Shown here: positions 25,427 through 38,350 of the stretch, in pieces
Numbering within the stretch: position 1 is the stretch's first letter
Layout: every line of letters starts with the position of its first letter
DNA from: Guillardia theta CCMP2712
Taxonomy: Eukaryota > Protista > Cryptophyta
Assembly (NCBI RefSeq): GCF_000315625.1
Contig: NW_005434576.1
Location: forward strand, 124,001-188,000
Reading direction: 5' to 3'
Length of the DNA stretch: 64,000 nt
Program-made: the position numbers and the translations under genes
Notes under the pieces: model-generated
Told to the model about the DNA's origin: nothing
The model's database searches: none
The model's input: only the letters and a program-made list of their open reading frames with translations

Positions 25427-28400
25427 GGAGGAGGAGGAGGAGGATTACAAAGAGGAGGAGGATCAGGTGTACTAGGAGGAGGAGGACGAGGAGGAGGAAG
25501 AGAAGGAGGGGAAGGAGAAGAAGAGTAGGGTAGACAACATTTCTCTGAGCAAACAACAACCGATACGTGTCAACAAGGAGACATTCTCAGGAATTTCTAC
25601 CCAGGTGAAGAGATAGATGGGAGGCAAGGCGATGCTCCTAGCTGGGGCAGGGCGGAAGGGGTCGAAGAAGTTGGAGGGAGTTTCTTTGAGGAGGAAAAGA
25701 AGTTGAAAACCATGCCGAGGAATGACAGCAATCTTAACGTCGGAAGGTCTCCATGAAACAGTAAGAACGTGGTACGACCCCACCCACTTGTTGTCCTGAC
25801 GATGATGACGATGATCGTACGAACGAGGGCGAGGAGGAGGAGGAGGAGGAGGAGGAGGAGGAGGAGGAGGAGGAGGAGGAAGGGGGAGGAGGAGGAGGAA
25901 GGGGGAGGAGGAGGAGGAGCAAGAGCAAGAGCAAGAGCAAGAGCAAGAGGGAGGGCAAAAGATGAGTCCAAAACGGAACGAGGATGAATTGGATGAGAAG
26001 AAAACGAAAGTGAGAGATAAGAGTAAGTCAGTCATCACTTTCCTCATATGAATGACGATAATGAAACCTGACAGATGGTCGGGAAGGGGCATTGATGGCA
26101 AGAGCAGTTGAAGATGTCGTAACATGAGCACGTCTGAACCTGTTGCAAGGGTGGTTGTAAGATTTTCTCCTTGACATGTCCGACAACGGAGAATTAAAGC
26201 ACAATATCATTCATGATGAGCGGTTGAAAAGAAGCAAAGCACGGAGAAAGCACAAACACGAGAACAAGTCACGCGACATTGCAAAGAGATGGAAAGAACA
26301 CGTTCACGATCACAAGATTCGAAACAGTGTTCAAACACAATGCACATGACTACCTGACTTGTGATCTTCAAATCTGTGAAGACGGTAGGATTCAACAAGA
26401 CAAGATCAAGTCGATCCAACGGATTTGCATCAACAAGCTGAATCTGCAAGGTACCAACTTGGTTGTTGCTACATCATCTCAGTCAGGTGTTGTTAGATTG
26501 TTCAAACAGAACTGTCCCATCACCCGAACTCAAAGATCTGCATGGCTGCATCCTTCATAGAAGCACTTCCCCCCGTCTGATAATTGAGGCCCGCAAGTCT
26601 GTCCATGTATGAGGCTCCGCTGACTGGATAGAGGAGTTTTCAGCAAGGGATAAGATCGATATCTGCCCTCACCGACTGCTTCTGATTCCGTCTGGTAAAA
26701 GGTCGACGTCATTGCGGTCGTATCGTTGAAAGACCTGAAGAAAATATCAGACAATGCTCACAAGGTGGCACAAGGTGGAGAGCATTTGCCAAGTTGCTGG
26801 GGTCAAATGAAAACGAAACTCGAACGTTGCTGAACATGTTTACAACCATGAACAACAGCACGCACAGCATCACATCGACATTCGAATGAGATGAGGGAAA
26901 ATGTCTCTTCTCACCAATAGTACGCAAGTCCGTTCTGTTTGCATCTTGACAACAAGCTCGCATTGCAAGCTGTCTCGAAAGCATCCATGCTCAACTGCCA
27001 TCCTTCTCTCACCTGACCCAAGAGCGTCATTCCTCTCCCTTCCTTGTCCGCACGTCTTTCATTACAGTCTCCCAGATTCGTATCTCGTCCATATTTCCGC
27101 TCAGGTACGAAGTTTGTCCCATTGCCTGTCAAAGTGAAAGGTGCGTCAGGTAACGTGAAACGTTTTCTGCTCTACCTGAAAATCTGCTCGGCCCCCGAGG
27201 GAGATCTTGTTGACGTTTCCTGTGCCATCCATCTTTCAACGACGATGCTCAAGAAGGAAGTGACCACCTGATCGGATCAGCGGAGGCAAGACGACGCTGT
27301 TTACTTGTTTTGCATCCACGTAGAACTGATCAGGGTTGTCAAGTCATACTTGCCCAGCGATGAAGATGAAGAACACTGACGTACTTTCATCGTTCCGTTG
27401 CTGTATGTTGCTGATCGATGGAGCAATCAATCGCACATCAAGGAACATGTCAAAGTTCGAGCTGACCTGAGATGTGCGTCCATGTACCGAACACGATGCT
27501 CTGACTCTCCGAGGTTATCTGAAAACTCAGTTGGTCATTCAAAACCTCAACAAACTGATCAGCTTGCCTGATAAAGAGTGTTGGATGATGACACAACGAA
27601 GCCTGCTCGTTCGGTCTGAGTGTTACAAAGACAAACATCCTCCCCTGAGGTAGAGGAGAAAGACACACCGCAATAGGGATTTGCGCTAGTCTGTCCGCAA
27701 AACAGCAAGAAACCTTCGTTTGTAGAGGATGATCTGAAAGAGGGTCTCAGCAGTGCCTCGATAACCCAATGATGCTATCAGTGTACGAGCTCATTCCGCA
27801 TTGAACAGAGCAGGATCCAAGGTATGAAGTACCGCCGCAATCTATCACAATACTCGTCAAACGGTGCACAACTACCCGATGGGAGGAATTTCATAATTTC
27901 CTACTTGTCAGATTCAAGCAGCTCGTCGTGCTCACTGTGTTCAGCGTCCCAACAATGTAGTTGATGTCGCTCGCTGGCGTCTTCTGCACTAGCCGAACCT
28001 GTTGCTTCTTCATCATGCCTTCAGCAGGCCAAAGCGCTTTGTATCACCCAAGCCTGAACCGCCAAGTCCTGTGTGTTCAAAACTGCAAAATGGCCCACAT
28101 CAAAAGAGGAGCAAGGAGCAGGAGATGGTGTTCGTACCTGGACTGGAAACCTCTACAGGAGCATTCCATGTCGTCCCAGAGACCGGCGGAGTGACCATAA
28201 TGGAATATCCTGCCAGCTCAGATCAACATCCCCCAGGGCCCCTTTGCACCGTACAACACATCACTTCCACAGGCCTGAGGCTCCCTCACCGTTGAGGGCA
28301 GCAATCCCTCCCTCTCCCTCTCCTCACTCCCCAGCCATCCTCCTACCTGCTCGGCCTGCTGGCGTCTGCCCCATCACCATCGTCAGCCGCATGACGAGCA

Positions 28401-28431
28401 GCGCTGCGGCTCCCCGCCATCTTGGCGCCAT
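23158..28431 (-). CDS. Large secreted protein B, paralogue of A (signal peptide, LamG, repeats, LysM x2); apparent frameshifts at 24180-24390 may be base-call errors
   Basis: Same first exon as A; diverged LamG motifs (GTWTHISG, FYVDAK, YLSGNMDEIRIW); shared LysM exons; private last exons ILILPGEK/VCVVSSVCRVECSSSECKLR*. Confidence 0.7.
23404..24698 (-). repeat. Internal inverted repeat, right arm
   Basis: Reverse complement of 21141-22442; the ORF track shows matching translations (e.g. 21699-22049 + vs 23777-24127 -). Confidence 0.92.
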
Positions 28432-28478
28432 GATGAGGTGAAGCAACGGATTTCACTCTTCTTGACAACCCATCCCGG
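28317..28478 (-). repeat. Terminal inverted repeat, right arm
   Basis: Ends ...cttgacaacccatcccgg at 28478, the reverse complement of the sequence starting at 16949. Confidence 0.92.
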
Positions 28479-28502
28479 AACTTCGACTCCTCTGAGGCGA
28501 GT
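28479..28502 (+). repeat. 24-bp direct repeat, right copy (TSD-like)
   Basis: aacttcgactcctctgaggcgagt, identical to 16925-16948. Confidence 0.92.
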
Positions 28503-29010
28503 GTGGCGTGGCAAATATTATCCGACCGGATACCGGGCCCGGCCCAGGCTGACCGTACACCGTGGCACTCAGTGACTGAGAGCGGGCGCCTCTGAGTCGG
28601 CAGTCACGGGGCCCGGCCCGCGGCCGGGGCCGGCGGGGGAGCCTCGGAGCCTGGCCCCCGCGGGGGCGGGGCTACCGTACTACCCGGCGGGCCCGGCCGC
28701 TAAACCCGCGGCCCGCGGCGCCGTGTCACGTTGTGGCCAAAGTGCCAATGTGCCTCCGGGGCCCGGGTGGAGGGGGGGCCCGGGCCGCGGCGTGGCAATT
28801 AAGTTCGGCCAGCGCCCGGAACCCGGCGTTCCGGGAACTTTGCCAGGTTTCCGTGCTGCGGGACGGTCGACCGGAGTCGGCGGAATGTCACACGGTGTTC
28901 CGCGGGTTCAACATGATAGCCTGAGCCCATTTGATGCCCGGCCCTTGAATGTGCCGCCCACCGCTCCAACGGTGCCAGCCTTCCCCACCCGCGGCCCTTA
29001 CACGCGCTAG
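28503..29010. promoter_or_regulatory. GC-rich island with palindromic CCGGGCCCGG and ACTCAGTGACTGAG motifs
   Basis: Abrupt rise in GC and CpG; the same motifs recur at 14780-15340, 16870-16920, 42170-42610, 49290-49500 and 56040-56140. Confidence 0.45.
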
Positions 29011-29146
29011 AACGCAGCACAGAGGAGTTGCCTTGGTGTGTGTGATGGAGTGAACTGGAAAATGAGATCGAATTGAAGTAGGCTTTCAAAGTTAGTGTAA
29101 ACAGAGAGGGCAAATATCTTTCAACTTAGATTTTAGCACGTCAAGA

Positions 29147-29821
29147 TCAAGCTATCGAGGGAACAAAGTGCAGCATCATCAGGCACATCATGCTCAGAAC
29201 AAATAGGATGGGTATAGTCCACCAAGACCACACCGGCCAGAGTGCAATGGGGAAAGAGACTGCTGAAGTGACAACACAGATGGCAGCTAGCCCGATGGCC
29301 CTTTTCACAGGCTTGCTGTGCGGGTTCCCCGCATCTCTAGAATTGTAAGCTGTCTCCCACTGAATGTTATGCACGATTGCAAGCCAGAATATAAGATAGA
29401 TCATCACTATGAGTACTGCAACACAACACAACAAAGCAAGGTTCAGGAAAAACCGATTCACCCTATCATCAACTAGCACCACTTGAACGAACTCAGTAGC
29501 GTTGAGAACAGCAAATCCTGCAATGAGCCAGCAGATTGCCTCGACTTTGCTCTTGATCTGCGCCTTTCTTGATCTCAAGTACTTGTTGTGCCAGTAATCT
29601 TCAACTCGGTTCCATTCGGCCGTTCCATGATTCGTGTTCGGGCGCAATCCTGGAATCTTGGTGATCTTTTCTGCATCCGCAAGAGCGTTCAAGATATTCT
29701 CCGCGACCTTTCTGCCCTGGGGAACCCTCGATCGCATTTCATTCTCAGGCGCATCTTGTTGCACGCTTGGGTTGGAAGAAAGTAGGGTGTCAGTCTCATT
29801 TGCATGATCGTCCTTCTCCAT
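29147..29821 (-). CDS. TMEM128-like four-TM membrane protein
   Basis: Single ORF with four hydrophobic segments; DDRVNRFFL and ALWPVWSWWTIPILFVLSM resemble TMEM128. Confidence 0.7.
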   Translation of the reverse strand: MEKDDHANETDTLLSSNPSVQQDAPENEMRSRVPQGRKVAENILNALADAEKITKIPGLRPNTNHGTAEWNRVEDYWHNKYLRSRKAQIKSKVEAICWLIAGFAVLNATEFVQVVLVDDRVNRFFLNLALLCCVAVLIVMIYLIFWLAIVHNIQWETAYNSRDAGNPHSKPVKRAIGLAAICVVTSAVSFPIALWPVWSWWTIPILFVLSMMCLMMLHFVPSIA

Positions 29822-30052
29822 GCTGATCAAGCTGTCAAAAACAAAAGTAAGCGGGTATGAACATGTGAAAATCATTGTCGACATCATTTGCTGCGATATT
29901 TACCACACTTCAACGGCAGTCAAAAGTGTGCGAGAGGGTCCCAACCCTAGATTTCGCTACCTTGTTTGCATACTGAATTTAGGCACCGTATTTACTTGAA
30001 TTTTGATGATTGATATAATAAACACAATCATAGCAAAACAGGGAGAGTTGAC

Positions 30053-30353
30053 ATGGAATCATTGCGAGGAGGATCAGTGTTGACAACAACGGAGCAGAAA
30101 AGGAAGGAGCAAATGCGATGAATACATAAATTAGGGACAAACGAGTGAAAATCTGGATCTATTGAGGATGTGCAGATCGATTCTGCAATTGGCTATCATG
30201 TACGCGTTCTTGATCGCTCTCGCCACTCTCTTGTATGCCCTCTACCATACTTCGCTCCTGCTGACCGACCCGACCAACTTCCGTTCAGCACATTGTCCTT
30301 CTGAGGCGGACTCAGCGACCTGGTTTGTGTGTGAAATTCAGACGGAGGGGTAG
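30053..30353 (+). CDS. Small single-TM hypothetical protein (probably spliced)
   Basis: LQLAIMYAFLIALATLLYALYH followed by a Cys-pair tail (HCPSEADSATWFVCEIQTEG*); start uncertain. Confidence 0.35.
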
Positions 30354-31063
30354 TAAGACTCCAGGGGTCAGAAAGTATGGTGGTTACGAGGACAAGAATA
30401 TGGATAATTAAGGGGTGGGTCTTTTGATGAGGGGTCATGTAATTAAGTGGGGTGGGGGATGCTGTAGGAGGGTATTTTAAATATGAACATGGTACAGATA
30501 ATAATTCTGAATCTGTACTGAATTGAGGGATCCTTCTGGTTCTTTTGTATTGAAAATCACTTCAATATATATAATAGTAACAAAAAAAGATACAAATTTT
30601 GTTCAGAATTAACTTATTTCAAAATTCCAAAAAAGCTACCAGATTTTAAAAGTGGACACCATTGGGAGACCACACAATCATACAGCGTAATCTACCCTAC
30701 CCTACCAATTAAGCATAAACTTGGGTAATGATCAGGGGTATCCTTAGTACCCCGACCACCCTGCCCATCCCCTGAGTGCTCATCATAGACGTCACAAGGC
30801 AATGCTACCCTACCTTCGACACGACATACCCCCCAGACCATCTTGTGATGAGGACTCTTTCTAGTAATATCTCTGCAAGGCTGCTTATAGTAAGACATTT
30901 TATTAAGTAACAGTATCAATAAAAGTTTGATACCCACCGATATTCCATCTCTTCCCATATCACCCCGACCTACCCTTGAGAAACAACCCCTGTCAATCAG
31001 CTACCCCTACCCCAAAAGATCAATGACACCGGGTGGGTGGGTGGCCTCCTCACTCACGCGGCT

Positions 31064-31799
<736 letters not shown>

Positions 31800-33365
31800 T
31801 ACTCTACGCCCACATGGGTAGCGTTCACAACTCGGGAACTAAGGTGTATAAATTGAAGAATACATGAATCCTTATTGAGCTGCTTTTTAAAAGATGGCAA
31901 GCTGCTTTGGGGAATGATGTAATAACAAAGAAATTTGATTGGCAGAAATGCAGTTCGCACCCTAACTAGATGCAGGATTTTGAGAACTTGTATCTCGGTT
32001 GACATTCCTATTTGACAGAAAGTAGAATGTTTGAGATGTTGTCTGGATGCAGCGCTTGCATATTACAGTATGCACAATTGTGTGATGTAGTTGATGCCCC
32101 ATCGATGACCTCCGTGGTTAGTTGCTCATCATGCTACAGAGAACTTGATCTCGTCGCAAGACAAAGTACTTGATCCGTCCAAGATGTGAGTTGGCACTAT
32201 CACCGTCGCAATTGATGTTACTCGGGAGACAACGCATGAGAGCAACTAGTTGTTATGACACAAACAACTCTACTCAGTCGCACGCTGCAATATTCCATCC
32301 CACTTACTCCGCCCGCTCTCTTGACAAACAAGATGGCAAGCCGTTCCTAATCGCTTTCTTCTCCAAAGTCTTCAGAGGGCTCAGAGGATCTGATGCTACA
32401 GAACGAAATGAAAGGACAAAGATGTCGGCAGGAAGAGAGGGGAGAAAGGGATGGGATGTAGAAGGATGGAGAGGAAGTTGAAGGAAGCGGAGAAGGGAGG
32501 CAAAGACCAACGAGAGGGAGGAGGACAGGAGAGACAGAAGGAGGAGAGGAGAGACAGAAGGAGGACAGGAAAGATAGGAGGAGGAGAGGAGAGATAGGAG
32601 GAGAGGAGAGACAGGCGGCTGAAACAGGAGCCGCAAGTTCAGGAAGGGATACAGCATGACGAGAAACCGCAAATGATGGTAGAGCAGCAAGAAGTGGTCA
32701 ACTTAGGGGGTAGGGTACACATTAGGCGCCCTCAGTTGGTGGGTCATTGAGTGGAATATAAGGGGGTACTTTATAAATCTATACGGTCCTAAGAGGGTAG
32801 GGTGGACGGGCGGGAATGGCGGTGGTTTGAACGAGATAGGGACAGGAGGGAGAGGAGGAGGAAGAGGAGGAGGAGAGGAGAGCAGAAGCTTGTGACTTGT
32901 TCGAAAACATGAATGTCATATGGGTGCGATCGAAAGGAATTAGGGTCAGAAGGAAGTGTGCAGGCAGGTACGAAGCTAGGACGTAAAGGTGTCTTGAGGG
33001 TACAATTCAAGGAGGTGAGGGGGAGATTGGAAAATCTCATAGCAAAGCGTCAGGCTGGGGTGTTCTTACACTACAGTTGGTTCTCATGGTCAGAAAATCA
33101 GCCTCGTAGACCTGAAAGTCTGTCTGAGAGCAAAGTGTTCGAAAAAAACCGACATGGTGTAGTAGGGAGGGGAGAGCACGGAATTGTAAGAGAATCTTCT
33201 TCAGAATCCTCCTGTTGTATCTTGTCTAATTTCGATGATTTCCTTCTATGACATTGTAATGTACCTGGTGACAGGTGGAGATGCTACGGATTTACCCTCA
33301 GTCCGCACGTCTTTTGTTCAGAGGGAGCCCCGATCATTGAGTGTTTGACCTCCACCCTCGCAAGG

Positions 33366-34574
33366 ATGCAAGTGAAACTCGCCGACAAGGATGTAGCCCT
33401 CCTTGTGATGGGCTACCTGCAAGACAGAGGTTGGCTGAGCGCGATGACAGCTATGGAGGAGGAGAGCGGCTTTCAGATGGAAGACTATGGAAAGGAGCTG
33501 AATTTTCTTCGAAAGCTGGTCTTACGAGGAGAGTGGAAGAACGCGGAGGAGTTCATCAGACCGCTTCAGTCTAGCGTGAAGGAAGACTATGCTCGTGTCC
33601 TCTTTGCCGTGCGCAAGCAGCAGTTCCTGGAGCTGCTCGACGACGCTGAGAGCAGGCCCGAGCTGCCGGAGCTTGTCAAAGTCCTCAAGGGCCTGGAGGA
33701 GCTGTGTTCGCGCAGTGAGTTCAAGGAGCTGTGCTTCTTCCTCACTCTGAGCGACCTGCGCGAGCATGGAGACTATCGCTCTTGGACAGTTTCGCGAGGA
33801 AGATACGACACCTTCCAGTCCATGCTCAAAGATCTTCACCCACTCTATGGCAGCCTGCCGGACCCCAATTCGACCAGGTTGCACAGCGGAAGGCGCCTCC
33901 AACTTCTGCTTGAACGAGCTGTGCTCCATCAGGCCAGCCAGGTGGCTGGGAGGAACGGAGAGAAGCTGCTGGACGCGTTGGCTGCAACAGGCGTGACATC
34001 CATTCCTCTCCCCGTCCTGCACGATGTTTCCCCTGCGGACTTTGAAGCAGATACCATGAACACATCTGCAGGCGGAGCAGCGTCAAGAAGTGCAGTGCAT
34101 GCGTCGATAGATTTCTCTAAGACGCAGAAGCTCCCAGGGTTGAAGGACTTCGCCGAGTACGCAGACGCGAAGTTGAGTGACCTGGGAAAGGAGAAGAAAG
34201 ATGCACTGATCCTCCCGATCAGGGAAGAGACGATACAAGGGGAGAACGTCTTCCCGGAGGGTGAGCGTACTCCTTCCCCGGATCTGAAACTTCACACTCA
34301 AGGCCTGGAAGACCTCGGAGAACGAGATGCGTTGGATGCAGACATGCAGGAGCTGGGCAGTGCCAACGACGTGGCGCGGCAGCAGACGCCGGGGGGCGAG
34401 AACAGTCTGGAGGCACCATCACAACGCAACGGGCAACACCTTGAGGGCGACCCTGAGCAGCGTCTTGAGGCTGTCCAAGAGACACGCCATCCAGAAGACC
34501 TCGACAGCTCCAACATGAACCCACAGCAACTTGCAAGACAGACGATGGAGGATTTCTCCCATCCTCAGGAGGAA

Positions 34575-34606
<32 letters not shown>

Positions 34607-35367
34607 GGGGCAGGAGGAGGAGGGTCACACACACAAGGCGGAAGAGTCCAAGTCTGTGCGCAAGCCTGTTGCATGGACCATTGAGTTCGAGAGCCCTGAG
34701 AACGTTGTGCAATCCCCACCCATCATGTCGAGCTCGAGAGTTCGTCAGTCAGGAGGGATGGGGGTGAGGGGGAGCAGGGAGGGAGCGACGAGGTCAGGGC
34801 CGCAGAATAGGAGCAAGGAGAATCTCTCCTCGAGCAAGGGGAACGCGAAGAAGTCGGTGTCGACCGTCGGGCCTCTGGGAGGGACAGTCAAGAATGTGCA
34901 GGAGTTTGCCATGGAGGCAAGATTTCAATGCCTGCTGCTAGAATTTGAAACATCTGACGAGCTTTTGGCCATCAGGGATATCAAAGCGACGAGTCCAACG
35001 AGCTTGAGGAGGAGCAAGAGGTGAGAGGCTGTTGGCGCGTCGAAACTTTTGACGATCTTGACAGTATGAGAGGACGGGAGGCAGTCAGGTAACCCGAGAA
35101 CCCTTGAGGCGAGCTCAGAAGGTTTAGCCTTACCTCACTTCCTACAGGCATGGACCATAGACAACGACGATTTCTCCTCACACAACTTCACCTTTGAGCA
35201 TCAGGCGTCAAGACCTCCCTCGTCCAAGAACCGCCCGTCCTCCTCCTCCTCTCTCGCTTCTGACCGCTCGGGCTCCAACAAGCAGAACCCAATTCACACC
35301 CACCCACCGATACGAGAGCAAGCGGCTCCGAAGGGCTTCAAGGAGCAGAGCAGCAAGGCATTCTCTC

Positions 35368-35419
<52 letters not shown>

Positions 35420-38107
35420 TGGAGCAGGTGGAGGAGCAGGAGCAGACTGGAAGCGGGCGGCTCCTCATCGGACAGCTCCTCCTGACTCGCACTCGCATCA
35501 TTTTCCAGAGGCTCGGCAGACCAACGTGAAAGTGATGAAGCAGAGCATCGTGACTGATGACGCTGGGGGCTACGAAGGCTTCGAAACCTTGGACCCTTCG
35601 GCCATGAAGGAGATCGACGTCCTCCAAGACTCTCAGGTTCCCACCCGCTTCGTCCTCTTGGATCTCACACGGGCATGAAGGTGATACGAACTGTCACGTG
35701 GAGCACCGCCCCGGACTCCAGGTGACCTGCCCGCCTTGCTTCCTTCTTGCATTCCTGCCTTCCTGCTTGCCTGCCTTGTTGCTCCTTGCCTGCCTGCCTG
35801 CCTTCCTAACGATCAACAGCTGCTCTCTGATCGCCTCATACAGCATGTTCGTATATGGAACAACCTCCAGGGCCCTCAAGTTCGCAGAGGCTTCGGCTCA
35901 GAGAGGAATCTCGGTCTGACTCTCCTCCCCCCTCCTCCTCCCTTGCTCCCTCGCCTTCCCTCGCTCCCTCGCTCCCTTCTCTCCCCTCCCTCCCCTTCCT
36001 ACCTTACTGCCCATGTTGACTGTGATACCATGGAACAGCTCTTGCAGGAGCTGCCCGACTACCATGCCGGCTCCATCTACGCCATCTCGTGGCACCGCCA
36101 TGGCGACCTCCTGGCCACGGGCTCCAACGACAAGCAAGTGCAAGTGGTAAGGGTCAGCAGGAGGGGAGAGGGCGGGGGTTGACGCCATGACAGACGAAGT
36201 TGACGGTGGAGAGGGACGGGGGCTTCTCTCACTCCACCCCCGTCCACCTCCAGGGGCACACCGGGACCGTCCGATGTGTCGAGTGGTGTGACAGTCTCAG
36301 CCCCTCCTGCCTCCTTTCTGCTGGCGCCGGCGATTGTGCCGTCCGCCTGTGGGACTTCAGCAGGAAATCTTGCCTTGCGATGCTACAGGGACATACGGAT
36401 CACATCCAGGTTTCGTTTCCTACTCCCTCTCCCTCTCCCTCTCCCTCTCCCACTCCCTCTCGCCCTCTCCCGCTACCTGTCCCTGCTCTCTTCAGAAAAG
36501 GACGAGCGCATGCACGAGAAGAAGAGATCTGAAGGCGAATGAGGAGATGCAGACTGACGAAGCTGGATCACCACAAACAAGGACCTGGCGACCACGCGCT
36601 GACAGGTCGAGGACAGGAAGAGGCTGACCTGCAAATGAGAGGAAGAGCTAACCCTAAACTTGCAGCCTTCGCAAACCAAACCGAGTGCTCGCTCTGACAC
36701 TGAGACTTCGACCTCCCCCTCACCTGTCCCCTCTCCCTCTTCCTGTTCCTGTTCCTCCTCCCCCTTTCTGGTTCTGCTTCCCTCTTCCTGCTCTTGTTCT
36801 CCCCCTTCCTCTCCCTCCTTTTCCTTCTCCTCCCCATCTCANNNNNNNNNNNNNNNNNNNNNNNNNNNNNNNNNNNNNNNNNNNNNNNNNNNNNNNNNNN
36901 NNNNNNNNNNNNNNNNNNNNNNNNNNNNNNNNNNNNNNNNNNNNNNNNNNNNNNNNNNNNNNNNNNNNNNNNNNNNNNNNNNNNNNNNNNNNNNNNNNNN
37001 NNNNNNNNNNNNNNNNNNNNNNNNNNNNNNNNNNNNNNNNNNNNNNNNNNNNNNNNNNNNNNNNNNNNNNNNNNNNNNNNNNNNNNNNNNNNNNNNNNNN
37101 NNNNNNNNNNNNNNNNNNNNNNNNNNNNNNNNNNNNNNNNNNNNNNNNNNNNNNNNNNNNNNNNNNNNNNNNNNNNNNNNNNNNNNNNNNNNNNNNNNNN
37201 NNNNNNNNNNNNNNNNNNNNNNNNNNNNNNNNNNNNNNNNNNNNNNNNNNNNNNNNNNNNNNNNNNNNNNNNNNNNNNNNNNNNNNNNNNNNNNNNNNNN
37301 NNNNNNNNNNNNNNNNNNNNNNNNNNNNNNNNNNNNNNNNNNNNNNNNNNNNNNNNNNNNNNNNNNNNNNNNNNNNNNNNNNNNNNNNNNNNNNNNNNNN
37401 NNNNNNNNNNNNNNNNNNNNNNNNNNNNNNNNNNNNNNNNNNNNNNNNNNNNNNNNNNNNNNNNNNNNNNNNNNNNNNNNNNNNNNNNNNNNNNNNNNNN
37501 NNNNNNNNNNNNNNNNNNNNNNNNNNNNNNNNNNNNNNNNNNNNNNNNNNNNNNNNNNNNNNNNNNNNNNNNNNNNNNNNNNNNNNNNNNNNNNNNNNNN
37601 NNNNNNNNNNNNNNNNNNNNNNNNNNNNNNNNNNNNNNNNNNNNNNNNNNNNNNNNNNNNNNNNNNNNNNNNNNNNNNNNNNNNNNNNNNNNNNNNNNNN
37701 NNNNNNNNNNNNNNNNNNNNNNNNNNNNNNNNNNNNNGCTCTTGCTCTTCCTTCCTATTTCTCTTTCCTTCTCCCTCTCTTCTTCTCGTCAGGCTCCTCA
37801 TTTTCACCCAGGAACCATCGCGTTTGTAGACGTTGTTGACGGCAGTGTCGCCGCGATCCTCACAGGGCACGAGGACAGGTAGGGAGAGGGGAGGGGGGGG
37901 GGAAGGGAGAGGGGGAAGGAGAGGGAGAGAGAGAGAGAGAGAGAGAGGAGGGACGGGGAGGGAGAGGGGTATGAAGGGTTTGGAGTGGAGATTCTGTGGC
38001 GAATGAGGATGTAACATTCTCGCAGAGTTGTTCAAGCTCGTCCTCATCCCCAACTACCCTGGACGCTCTCATGCAGTGTTGACAAGACTGTCCGACTTTG
38101 GGGATGA
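33366..38107 (+). CDS. WDR47: LisH-CTLH-WD40 protein, WDR47-like (spans the assembly gap)
   Basis: LisH LLVMGYLQDRGWLSAMTAMEEESG; CTLH FLRKLVLRGEWKNAEEFIRPL; WD repeats HAGSIYAISWHRHGDLLATGSNDK and GHTGTVRCVEW...SAGAGDCAVRLWD; ends SCSVDKTVRLWG*. Confidence 0.82.
36842..37737. other. Assembly gap (N run); smaller gaps at 50901-51000 and 56763-56862
   Basis: Runs of n. Confidence 1.
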
Positions 38108-38350
38108 AGAAGTAGAGGAGGAGAGGAGAGGAGCGGAGCGGACAAAACAGGACAGGACAGGACATGACAGGACAGGACAGGACAGGACATGACAGGACAG
38201 GACAGGAGCGGAGGAGAGGAAAAGAGAGGAGAGGAGAGGAGAGGAGAGGAGAGGATGTACTAGGAGCATTTATGAGCTAAGAAGTTGAGAGGTGAAGGAC
38301 TAAATTAAAGGGGCTACTCCCATCCATGTAGCATCAAATCTTTCTTCGCC

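Noticed and set aside
36660-38053. Long ORFs of 360-400 aa
   Set aside because: They are open only because they run through the N gap.
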